Shown in pieces: positions 50,041 through 59,192 of a stretch of DNA of 64,000 nucleotides (the first letter of the stretch is position 1; every line of letters starts with the position of its first letter). The position numbers and the translations under genes are program-made. The stretch lies in the IMG/VR virus record IMGVR_UViG_3300043781_000019. One strand, written 5' to 3'. This stretch comes from an uncultured virus (IMG/VR IMGVR_UViG_3300043781_000019) (lineage: Duplodnaviria; Heunggongvirae; Uroviricota; Caudoviricetes; Herelleviridae). The notes under the pieces were generated by a model that was not told the DNA's origin, ran no database searches, and worked only from the letters and a program-made list of their open reading frames with translations.

Positions 50041-50133
50041 AGTCCTGTAGCACAGTGGTAGTGCACCCGGCCTATACCCGGCATATGTCAGTAGATTTTC
50101 TGAACGACATCGGTTCGATCCCGATCAGGACTA
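50041..50133 (+). tRNA. Atypical tRNA, TAT anticodon, long variable arm
   Basis: AGTCCTG/CAGGACT acceptor, good D and T arms, loop CCTATAC, ~25-nt variable arm. Confidence 0.7.
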
Positions 50134-50261
50134 TTAAAAAGTTATAACGTAGCAAAATTTGGCCTAGGGAAACGAGGCTTACTGATCTAAGTAAAAAATC
50201 TACGTTTAGAGTTTCCTTGTTAATATCTCTTTAAGGGATACTAGCAAGCTTCTCTATAAAT

Positions 50262-50336
50262 GTTCCCATAGCACAACTGGATAGTGCATCTGTCTTCTAA
50301 ACAGTAATTTTCCCAGTTCGAGTCTGGGTGGGAACA
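50262..50336 (+). tRNA. tRNA-Arg(TCT)
   Basis: Cloverleaf, loop CTTCTAA. Confidence 0.88.
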
Positions 50337-50372
50337 TTGTGTATGAAAAAAATAAGTGAAAGGAGATAAAGC

Positions 50373-50660
50373 ATGACTATTCTTTGCCCTAATAAGTTTA
50401 ATCAGTACTTAGAAGATCACAATTTAGAAATATATGATGTTGCTAAGATGATGAGAGATTCCCCCTATAATAAAAGTAGAAGAACTCGTCAAGCATATGT
50501 TAGACTTCTAGAGCAAGCTTTTATGTACGGGTGGTCTACAGTAAATGCTCTTGGTGGTGGCTACGAGCCAGGGGTTCACAATGGACAAGATGGCGGAATA
50601 TCTGCTAAGTATGTTGCTAAAATTATTGGGTGCAAGGTTCAAGATATTGTAGGATGGTGA
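50373..50660 (+). CDS. Hypothetical protein, possibly HTH
   Basis: AAGGAG RBS; C-terminal AKIIGCKVQDI. Confidence 0.55.
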   Translation: MTILCPNKFNQYLEDHNLEIYDVAKMMRDSPYNKSRRTRQAYVRLLEQAFMYGWSTVNALGGGYEPGVHNGQDGGISAKYVAKIIGCKVQDIVGW

Positions 50661-50666
50661 CTTTAA

Positions 50667-51149
50667 ATGAATCATAAGGTGGTATTTGAAGATAAAAATG
50701 TATTAGTATTTCACATTTATAGTAGCCTTGACAACCCTACTATGCTTAAGGTACAGAAAAGTTTGTACTTCCTTTGGGCTTATTACTCTGGAACCTATGG
50801 TAACTTAGTAGGTAAGGACGGACTAGATATTTCAAAAGAGGATTACCCAGAGTCCCTATTTAAGGGAAATTTTAAGGCACTTATGTATGGACCTGTTGAT
50901 ATAGATGTTCTTAAAAAGCAAAAAGAGAACTTCTACAGTAAAGATAAGTGGAAGGGGTATACCCCTAAAGGAAGTTCAGAAATAGAAGTTATGGGGTTCG
51001 TTAATGACCTATTGGGTCAAATAAACGCTGTAAATGACTTTGGACTAATTAATAGATGCCATGAAGATAATTGTTGGAAGCAAGCCTATGAAAATGGTAG
51101 GGAAAGCTATATGGATCTTGATGCTATAAGAAAAGAGTACCAGATTTAG
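50667..51149 (+). CDS. Panacea/SocA (DUF4065)-like antitoxin
   Basis: LKVQKSLYF...LF...F.A..YGPV...L....H....WKQA. Confidence 0.75.
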   Translation: MNHKVVFEDKNVLVFHIYSSLDNPTMLKVQKSLYFLWAYYSGTYGNLVGKDGLDISKEDYPESLFKGNFKALMYGPVDIDVLKKQKENFYSKDKWKGYTPKGSSEIEVMGFVNDLLGQINAVNDFGLINRCHEDNCWKQAYENGRESYMDLDAIRKEYQI

Positions 51150-51163
51150 TATTACTTATTAAT

Positions 51164-51235
51164 GTTTCCATAGAACAATGGATAGTTTACCGGTTTCCTA
51201 AACCGTTAATTCCGGTTCGAGTCCGGATGGAAACA
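51164..51235 (+). tRNA. tRNA-Arg(CCT)
   Basis: Cloverleaf, loop TTCCTAA. Confidence 0.88.
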
Positions 51236-51272
51236 TATTGGCAAATATGCTTATAATACTTTTGCCAATTGC

Positions 51273-51301
51273 TTGCATTAGAAGTAAAAGTGTGTTATAC
51301 T
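51273..51301 (+). promoter_or_regulatory. Sigma-A-type promoter of the large-RNA block
   Basis: TTGCAT-17-TATACT with TG. Confidence 0.7.
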
Positions 51302-51317
51302 TAAAAAGTAGTAAAAC

Positions 51318-51907
51318 CTTGCTCCTTGAAAACTGAATCCGATTCAACCATGTGTATAAGGTGATTGCTTCACCGTCATGGATACCCATGCTAAGTAATG
51401 TCGTAAGCTGCTTTTAGGGATACCTTTAGCAACTTGCAGAATATATGGAAACATATAGGAAGGCTGTAAAAGCAGTCAATTAATGGGTAGTGCTAGTTGT
51501 TGTGACATAAGGCATAGGACTGGTTGGGTAGGCAATAGACGCCCTGTTGGGAATAAGCCAGCAAGCCCCTGTGGTAGCTCTTGGGGAAACGCTGGTACGC
51601 TATAACTACCTTAGCTATGAAAAGCGGAAGGCACCGTGTGAGGCTGATAAAAAAGCTTCACGATAAAACCAGAAACTAGTAAAAGTAGGCTAAGGCTAAA
51701 TTTAGAAAAATACTATTGGAGTATTAAAATAAATCGAATGCAGGCTGAAATTTGGGCATCAAAGAATGCGCCCTTGCAAGTTAAAAGCACTTAGTTGTTA
51801 TAGGGTAGCTCCCTATAGCACGGGCTAAGTGGGCAAGTTGCCTAATAATGGTAGCAACAATATGGTAGGAGTAAAAGACGGATCGGGTTTAGTTTTCAGG
51901 GAGCAAG
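51318..51907 (+). ncRNA. Large ornate ncRNA, probably ROOL-like
   Basis: 590 nt closed by a 28-bp terminal helix; many internal hairpins; tRNA-adjacent; family inferred from size and context. Confidence 0.6.
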
Positions 51908-51960
51908 TGTGCTTATAATGCATATTATGTTGCTGTATTCAAGTAGGTAAGAGAGTACAA

Positions 51961-52174
51961 ATCGCTGTGGCGGAACAGGTAAACGCTATGGGTGATAGAC
52001 GAAGGCTTGGTGTCAAGGCAACGGTAAATGGCGGAACATAAATGGACTGAGTAGTTGCCAGCCTTAAAAAGTAGATGAATAGTAATTCGCCTGTGAAGTT
52101 AGTCAACTGTGACCATATCCGTTCCTAATCCATCTACAATGTGTCATGTCGGGTGCAAATCCCGACCAGCGATA
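51961..52174 (+). ncRNA. tRNA scaffold with large structured insert
   Basis: ATCGCTG/CAGCGAT acceptor, D arm, T-like arm GTCGG-GTGCAAATC-CCGAC. Confidence 0.65.
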
Positions 52175-52407
52175 TTACCGGTAAAGCCTAGCGCGCTTGC
52201 TAGCGCGGACTAGTGGGCGAGTATAAAGCGTGGTCACATGTCTTGCACTTCAAGGCAATGTGGGAACCACCATGACTGAGGGTTCAGAAACCATCGCCTC
52301 GGATAGCGGAAACATGAGCAACTGGCGTTTAGGCGTTAACGGAAACCAGAAATCGCTTTTTCGTGGTATCTGTTATCAGGTTCAAATACCGGCGGTTGCA
52401 TACAAGG

Positions 52408-52480
52408 TTGGTATTAGCTAAGTGGGAAAGCGTCCCATCACGAGGTGGGGAATGAGCAGGTTCGATTCCTGCATACCACA
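52408..52480 (+). ncRNA. tRNA-like RNA with 8-nt anticodon loop TCACGAGG
   Basis: Acceptor, D and canonical T arms. Confidence 0.7.
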
Positions 52481-52845
52481 TATTAGCCGCGAAGGTCTGG
52501 AGCAATCCTACGTTCCGATGCAAAAGCCTGTGCACGGGTTATTAGAAGGCTAAGCTACATATTGTTGCTTGTACATTGGCAACTAAAATATTAATGTAGA
52601 TAATTCAACTCCCCTGCAAGGCGAAAGCCTATGTTGCAGAAAGCCCCCATATTGATACGGGATATGGGAAAGTAGCAGACGTGCTCATGATGGTGCTGTT
52701 CGCGGTCTCGGCCATCAATCAGTTTTATGTACATGGTAAAGCCCTACGTGTTTGCTAGCATGGACAAGGGGTGATTACAAAGGTGTGCTGAATTAGCTTG
52801 GCACGTAACCAAGGACTTAGAAACCTTCGCCTTGGATAGCATGGG

Positions 52846-52918
52846 TTGAGAGTAGCTAAATGGAAAAGCGCCCCGTCATTAGGCGGGTAATAAGTGGGTT
52901 CGATTCCCATCTCTCAAA
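52846..52918 (+). ncRNA. tRNA-like RNA with 8-nt anticodon loop TCATTAGG
   Basis: TTGAGAG/CTCTCAA acceptor, D and canonical T arms. Confidence 0.7.
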
Positions 52919-53177
52919 TAGGAATGCATGGCAGGCATGCTTAATTGTAGCTGGGTTCCCGAATGGGAGTAGGTTAAATCTTAGAAATCCCAAGCAGACA
53001 ACATGTGTTCTGAGTCTCCGAGAGTACTGGGACTTAAATAATAGTACTCATATGTAAGGTTAGAGTCTTTCTAGAAGGCAAAGCGGTTGACATTACCCAA
53101 TACCGTATGCTGAGTCACATGACTGGTCGATAAAATGACCACCAATTCCATTTGGGTTGTGGCTAGTGGACAGCATT

Positions 53178-53234
53178 GCGACTGAGGATCAATTTTATGG
53201 CCTCTACGATTAGGTTCGACTCCTGACAGTCGCC
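53178..53234 (+). ncRNA. Minimal tRNA-like element lacking one arm
   Basis: GCGACTG/CAGTCGC acceptor plus TTAGG-TTCGACT-CCTGA T arm. Confidence 0.55.
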
Positions 53235-53281
53235 TTACAATTCCGGAGTTGTAAAATAGATTGATTGATTGAGGGAAAACA

Positions 53282-53953
53282 ATGGAAGAAAAAGAAAAAC
53301 TTAAGGCGCCACGAGTACCATTAACGTGGCTTGATGAGCGGTTAGAAGATTTAAAGTTTAGCTATTACGATTTAGCTAGGTTATATGCGCATGATAAAGA
53401 ACAAGCTAACTCAGCAATCAGTATATTAAGTCGCTATTATAGGGCAGTTGAGAACTACTTTCAGTGGCTTGCTTGGGATAAAAATATTGCTAAAAACTCT
53501 GCACAAACATACATACAGCATAAAGATGGAACATACGAAATTGGCGATGTAGATTTACCTGATCCTAAGTATGAAGTGTCTATTAAGATGCAGCATAGGT
53601 TGTTTCGTGCAGTTGACGCAAGTGACTACTACCGGATGGACCTTGATGATGAGTTTAATGGTGTAGTTGGAAGTGATGATGGCTATCAAGACCTAATCAA
53701 CCTGTTATGGCCCGATGGGGATACCGTACTAGATAGTTTGAATGTAAATGTAGTTTCTTTAGCTATCATAAACACAATCCGAGGAATCAATCTTGATGAA
53801 GAAGATAGACAATCTGTAGGTACAACAGAGGCTGTAGATGCTATAGCAGATATTAGCAAAATTGAAAAACGTGTTAACAGTTTTAGGAGAAAAGAAAAGG
53901 ATTACCTTGAGTCTCTTAATGGACGTAAGAAAGGCATTAGTAAAATTAAATAA
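53282..53953 (+). CDS. Hypothetical protein
   Basis: ORF with RBS and downstream terminator. Confidence 0.6.
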   Translation: MEEKEKLKAPRVPLTWLDERLEDLKFSYYDLARLYAHDKEQANSAISILSRYYRAVENYFQWLAWDKNIAKNSAQTYIQHKDGTYEIGDVDLPDPKYEVSIKMQHRLFRAVDASDYYRMDLDDEFNGVVGSDDGYQDLINLLWPDGDTVLDSLNVNVVSLAIINTIRGINLDEEDRQSVGTTEAVDAIADISKIEKRVNSFRRKEKDYLESLNGRKKGISKIK

Positions 53954-54057
53954 AAATAGAAGAAATGGGGGATTTAATCCCCCTATTTTTATAGCTTGTT
54001 TTTAAATGCATCCTGTGCTATACTTGTTGTATAAACAAAAAGGAAGGTATAAAAAAT

Positions 54058-54633
54058 TTGAATGATCAAGATGACGAAGTACTAGGAGTTATCAATACAG
54101 TTGTTACTAACACTAAGCATAGAACAGTGAGTGTTAAGATTCCAGGAACCTATGCAAAAGCAAATGCAGAGCTAGAAAGACTTAAAGGCTTGCTTAACGA
54201 TGAAATAGTGTCAGGGTGGCTAATGATACTTGTTACGATTAGCTATTTCCTTGTACTTTTTGGAATTGAGTCTATATCCGGAGTTAAGCCAGCAGATACT
54301 ATGCAAGCACACACCCTAATTATTACAATGTGGATGTTCTTTATATACTTCAAGGATAGCAAAGCTATTAACTCGGCAGGTATGGACGATGATAATATTT
54401 GGGAAAATTCGTTTAATTTGTTTGTTCTTTTGCCTGTGGTTGTAGGTTCTTTAATGGGATTTGTCTTACCCGCGAATCCTTTGCTTGCTTTAACACCGGT
54501 TGGGCTTCTCACCCATGCTTATAATCAATCTAGCTACATTGATTACTATGAGCAAATGCTGCAAGACTCAGAAATCAGAGCCACATATAAGCTACCAGAA
54601 AGTGATGATAGTAATGACAAAAGTAATTCTTAG
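54058..54633 (+). CDS. Membrane protein (3-4 TM)
   Basis: Hydrophobic segments, RBS. Confidence 0.55.
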   Translation: MNDQDDEVLGVINTVVTNTKHRTVSVKIPGTYAKANAELERLKGLLNDEIVSGWLMILVTISYFLVLFGIESISGVKPADTMQAHTLIITMWMFFIYFKDSKAINSAGMDDDNIWENSFNLFVLLPVVVGSLMGFVLPANPLLALTPVGLLTHAYNQSSYIDYYEQMLQDSEIRATYKLPESDDSNDKSNS

Positions 54634-54823
54634 CATTGTTTCCAGACTAGATGAAGCTGGGTATAATTTCAGTCTTAAGGTTGAGGCAGGAGGTGCCCTA
54701 TTATTAGCTAATGGGCACCGACTAGAAACTGTTGATGTACTGTTATTGGACGGCAAAAAAGTTGCTAATGACTCAGATATAATTGGTAGAAAAATGGGAC
54801 TGTGGAAATAGTAAGGAAGTGCT

Positions 54824-55117
54824 ATGTTGGACTATCAAGGAAAATATATGATGCTTGTTGGAAAGACTATGACAAAGGTTTATATATCTAAATATGTTGA
54901 TCATAGTGCAGCCATTCAGATTGAAACTAAGCAAGGAAAAATGAGCCTTGAAATACCGCATAATAGCTACTTGATATATCAAGTAGATAAAAGAACACCT
55001 TATTCAGATGATCTTGTTTACCTAGACATTATTAAACGAGATATTAAAATTTTGGCCTGTTATGACTCTTTGCTCATTGGTAAAATGATTTCTGGTAAGG
55101 CTCTTGTAAAACTTTGA
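54824..55117 (+). CDS. Hypothetical protein
   Basis: AAGGA RBS. Confidence 0.5.
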   Translation: MLDYQGKYMMLVGKTMTKVYISKYVDHSAAIQIETKQGKMSLEIPHNSYLIYQVDKRTPYSDDLVYLDIIKRDIKILACYDSLLIGKMISGKALVKL

Positions 55118-55375
55118 AAACAAAATATAGATTGACTTTTGACCTCCTATGGTGTATTGTAAAGTACATAAAGGAGGCCATTTTTTGTTAGTTGAAAAAA
55201 GAGCAGAAACAATTAAGCAAGCTAGAGAAATTGCCAAAGGTTACACTTGGTATACAAATACTTTGTTTCCTAAGCAAGGAGTATCCGGTGCTAAGCAGCA
55301 TTCAAATAGTGACAATATTTTGTGCATTAAGGTAGAAGATCAGTATTTGATATTTTATAAGGAGGCGAAACAGTA

Positions 55376-57658
55376 ATGAGACAATTAGTTTTGCTAAGAG
55401 GTGCCATGGGTTCTGGTAAATCTACGTGGGTGAAAAATAATCACTTAGAAGATTTTACTTTATCACCAGATTCTGTACGGGTTATGTATGGTGCTTTATC
55501 TAAGCGAAATGAGCAGGGCCTTTATAGCGCTAATGCCAAAAAGGATGGTCCTGTTTGGGAAGCAATCTTAAAGATGCTTGAATACCGTATGAGTTCTGGA
55601 ATGTTTACCGTGATAGATGCTACACATGGTACTGAGCGAGCTATTAATGTATATCGAGAGTTAGCGCGTAAATATCGTTATCGTGTATACGTAGTTGACT
55701 TTCAAGTACCATTAGAAGAATTAATAGAACGCGTCAATAAAAGAAATACAAGTAATTTATCCGGAGTTGATAATAAATACATTCCTACGTATGCTGTAGT
55801 AGATAAATTTCAACAACTATCCCTTCACTCTATACCACATTGGGTTACTAAACTTGATCCTAAAGATGCTATTGATAAACTTAAGTGGCAATTTGAAGAA
55901 TTAGGGGATAGAAAACTGTATGTTTTTGGTGATATTCACTCTTCTTATAAGGTTTTAAAAGACGCATGGGATAAACTTGGCCTTGAAGATAACTATAAAG
56001 ATATGATTGTGTTCGTGGGTGATTTGTTTGATCGTGGTATTCGCCCAGTAGAAACATTCAAGTTTATTCAAGATAAATTTAAGCGCCATAATGTAACTTT
56101 GATTATGGGTAATCACGATTATAATTTGGCTAACATGGTACGTAACACTGTTGTTAACTCACCACGGCACACATATTACAATACCTACTTACCCCTAAAG
56201 CGTGCTGGCGTGTCTGAAAAAGAAATAAAGAACCTTATTGATAGTATGTACCAAGGCATGTTTTTAAAGGGTAAGCAACCAATTTATATTACTCATGGCG
56301 GTATTTATCCTTATAATACCAAAGATCCTTTGGGACTAAACAAATTGTCAACATCTGAAATGATTTACGGGACAGGGGATTTTAGTTATGATCTTGATAG
56401 TAACTTCCCTGATGTAAATATTTTGTCTATTCATGGTCATCGAAACTTAAATCACGGTAAGGCTATTTATAAAAATGGTAAGTCAACATCTATTAACCTT
56501 GAACAAGGGGTTGACGAAGGAAAGAACTTAGCTGTTGCTATTGTTGAAGATGGATTAGTAACCGTAAAACAATTTAAAAACTATGAATTTAATCTTAGTG
56601 CTAAGGATATGAAATGGGCGAGCCAGTCTAAGATTAAGTATTTATTAACTAACCCTAATGCGTATTTTGAAGCTGCTAAGCGAAATTCTTACATTAATGT
56701 TAAGCATTTAAACAAAGGAATTGCTACTGTTAACTTTAGCGAAAGCGCCTTTAAAGGGAAGGTGTGGGATGACTTTACGGTAAGATCAAGAGGCCTGTTT
56801 ATTGATACTTACCATAATGAGGTATATGCTAGAGGCTATGATAAGTTCTTTCGTGTTGATGAACTAGGTGGCTGGGGCAAGTTACAGCTGCAAGGGAACT
56901 TAGATGTTTACAAAAAGTATAATGGTTTCCTTGGGATGTTAACTTATGACACGCATCAAGACAAGCTAATTTACTTTAGCAAAGGGTCTATTTTTGGTAA
57001 CGATGATATTCCAGTTAGTCCCTATGCTCAGTTAGTTAAAGAAACTGTTGAGTCAGAAATACGTGGTCATGAAGATTTTCTTAAGTCTTTATTAAAAGAC
57101 AAGACAATGCTATTTGAAGTTGTTAATGAAGAAAAGGATCCGCACATTGTTCATAACTTTGACAAGCCTAAAGCTGTTATGCTAGATATTGTTTATAACG
57201 ACCTTGTATTTAGAAAAATGAGCTATAAAAGCTTGACAAATATCAGTGATAAGATAGGGTTGCCTTTAAAGAAACACATAGCGACTATTAGTAATCACAA
57301 CTTAAGAGGTTCACTACAGAAGCTAGCACGTAACAAAGAGTTGGAAGGCTTTGTGCTAGAAGACGAGTCTGGTTATATGTTTAAGGCGAAGACCTACATT
57401 TATAGTGCAGTTAAGGCTAGACGCAATATGTGGGAACGTATTGTTAAGCAGATTGCATATGGTGAACCACTAACAGTACCCGTGAGCGAACAATTGAAGA
57501 GGTACCAAAGCTTAAACTTTGGTACTGAAATTGGTGAAAGTAAAGAGGAAGAAAACAGCATTAAGAAACTAGATTACTTTATGGGTATTGAAGCATCATA
57601 TGTTAATCCCGTTCGTAACTTGCTAAAGCTACGAGAAAAATATGATCTTTTACTATAA
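55376..57658 (+). CDS. Polynucleotide kinase-metallophosphatase-RNA ligase fusion
   Basis: GAMGSGKST; GDIH, GDLFDRG, GNHD, HGG, HGH; ligase KFF, KYNG, FE, EGFV, FKAK. Confidence 0.88.
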   Translation: MRQLVLLRGAMGSGKSTWVKNNHLEDFTLSPDSVRVMYGALSKRNEQGLYSANAKKDGPVWEAILKMLEYRMSSGMFTVIDATHGTERAINVYRELARKYRYRVYVVDFQVPLEELIERVNKRNTSNLSGVDNKYIPTYAVVDKFQQLSLHSIPHWVTKLDPKDAIDKLKWQFEELGDRKLYVFGDIHSSYKVLKDAWDKLGLEDNYKDMIVFVGDLFDRGIRPVETFKFIQDKFKRHNVTLIMGNHDYNLANMVRNTVVNSPRHTYYNTYLPLKRAGVSEKEIKNLIDSMYQGMFLKGKQPIYITHGGIYPYNTKDPLGLNKLSTSEMIYGTGDFSYDLDSNFPDVNILSIHGHRNLNHGKAIYKNGKSTSINLEQGVDEGKNLAVAIVEDGLVTVKQFKNYEFNLSAKDMKWASQSKIKYLLTNPNAYFEAAKRNSYINVKHLNKGIATVNFSESAFKGKVWDDFTVRSRGLFIDTYHNEVYARGYDKFFRVDELGGWGKLQLQGNLDVYKKYNGFLGMLTYDTHQDKLIYFSKGSIFGNDDIPVSPYAQLVKETVESEIRGHEDFLKSLLKDKTMLFEVVNEEKDPHIVHNFDKPKAVMLDIVYNDLVFRKMSYKSLTNISDKIGLPLKKHIATISNHNLRGSLQKLARNKELEGFVLEDESGYMFKAKTYIYSAVKARRNMWERIVKQIAYGEPLTVPVSEQLKRYQSLNFGTEIGESKEEENSIKKLDYFMGIEASYVNPVRNLLKLREKYDLLL

Positions 57659-57872
57659 ATAAGATTAATGGCTATTGCATAAAATGCAGTAGCTTTTTTG
57701 TTGACAGATTAAGTTCTTTGTGACAAGGTATAAATACCAGGAAAAAGTAGAAGACTATGAATATAAACAAGGTAAAGCACACTGGCTTATTTTTATGAAA
57801 TTACCTTGACATTTAGCTAAATTTGACATATGCTTAACTTGTAATTAAAGACAAGAAAGTAGAGGACGAAAA

Positions 57873-58466
57873 ATGAGCGAAGAAAAAATGTACATGGTAA
57901 AGAACCGCAGTGGTGAATTTTGGGACTTTTCAGATGGTTTCGGTTTCTGGACATTAGCCATCTCAGAATGCCCTATAACGCCAAGTAAGGAACAGGCTGA
58001 ACAAGTGGCTAATGAGCATGACGGCCACGTTGTCGCTTTGATTGAGGAGCCTAAAAAAGTAAAGCTACCTAAGAAAGCCGCTGAGTGGGTTGATAGTGTT
58101 AAAAGCAGTGGACGAGATATTACTGACATTTTTACTGAGTATCTAATGCCAGATGAGGTAAGTTATTGGCTATTTGATGATGACGATGAAGCAGAACACC
58201 GTGAAGAACGAGGGCTTATGCTTGTTAATGCCTACCAATATGGATACACCATGGAAAAGGAAAAGAAATACAACGTCAAGGTGCCACATGCAGATTATAA
58301 GTGGTATCTAAAAACTCCTGATGGAAAACTTGATACCATATTTGTAGAAGGATTATCCAAAGGATTTGGTGGATACCCAGATGGAATTGAACTCACTAAT
58401 GATGATATTGAGAAATTTGGCTTGCAAGACTGTGAGAAAGAAGAGGTGACTGACGATGAGCAATGA
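57873..58466 (+). CDS. DUF1642-like phage protein
   Basis: KVKLPK..AEW...LVNAYQYGY...EKKY.VK. Confidence 0.6.
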   Translation: MSEEKMYMVKNRSGEFWDFSDGFGFWTLAISECPITPSKEQAEQVANEHDGHVVALIEEPKKVKLPKKAAEWVDSVKSSGRDITDIFTEYLMPDEVSYWLFDDDDEAEHREERGLMLVNAYQYGYTMEKEKKYNVKVPHADYKWYLKTPDGKLDTIFVEGLSKGFGGYPDGIELTNDDIEKFGLQDCEKEEVTDDEQ

Positions 58467-58812
58467 GACGAAGCGGGACGTTGTAGAAGCAATATTATTG
58501 GCAAAAGATACCGACACGATTTGGGACAGCTCAACAGTTCGATATTATTTAAACAGGTATGACGCTGCCTTGCCAGAGGATCTTCCAGTGATTCCCGAAC
58601 TGATTGGTAAATACCTAAAGATGTGGAAGCATGACCATGGAGACCTGTTTCAGGCGCTTGATGAGGGCACATCAGCGAGCTTAGATGGTACTAAATGGGA
58701 AAGCGTGCAAGATTGGTTCAGCGATGTCAAAGATAGCTTTGACACTTTTGCCCGTGCATGGGTGCTAGGCGTCTGGCGTGTTGAAGAAACGGGAAAGGTG
58801 GTTAAGTTATGA
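58456..58812 (+). CDS. DUF1642-like phage protein
   Basis: LPVIP...DTFARAWVLGVWRVEE. Confidence 0.6.
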   Translation: MSNETKRDVVEAILLAKDTDTIWDSSTVRYYLNRYDAALPEDLPVIPELIGKYLKMWKHDHGDLFQALDEGTSASLDGTKWESVQDWFSDVKDSFDTFARAWVLGVWRVEETGKVVKL

Positions 58813-59192
58813 AAGACGAAAGTAAGAGCGATGTGTTTAGTCATGTAGCACAAGAACTAATTGTTTACAAATCTGATAGTAGCTATGAAAATGGTGGTAA
58901 ATATAATGAGTCTAAAGAGCTAGACAAATTATGCACGCGCTATAAAAATGCACTTCCCGATGATATTCCGGTGATTCCGGCTGAGATTGGAACGGCAATT
59001 AAGTCAATGAAAAACTATCATCGCGATTTGTTTTGGGCGTTTAACGAAGCGAATAACCGTTGGCATGAATTTGGAATTCGGTCTGGTAGATGGATTATTC
59101 AAAACCAAGATACCTTTGCCTATGCATGGGTGCTAGGTGTCTGGCGCGTTGAGGAAACCGGCGAAATCGTGAAATTGGAGGAAAATAAATGA
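58809..59192 (+). CDS. DUF1642-like phage protein, paralog
   Basis: IPVIP...DTFAYAWVLGVWRVEE. Confidence 0.6.
   Translation: MKDESKSDVFSHVAQELIVYKSDSSYENGGKYNESKELDKLCTRYKNALPDDIPVIPAEIGTAIKSMKNYHRDLFWAFNEANNRWHEFGIRSGRWIIQNQDTFAYAWVLGVWRVEETGEIVKLEENK

Noticed and set aside
50145..50210. Hammerhead ribozyme
   Set aside because: GAAAC and CTGAT occur, but CTGANGA is absent and the arrangement does not fit
51928..51960. tRNA 5'-half-like fragment
   Set aside because: No matching 3' acceptor strand found; probably a remnant
52230..53057. Short ORFs in the RNA island
   Set aside because: Overlap tRNA-like folds and lack convincing RBS
52846..53234. tmRNA
   Set aside because: Pseudoknot and T arm present, but no G3-U70 alanine identity, no spanning acceptor helix and no evident tag frame
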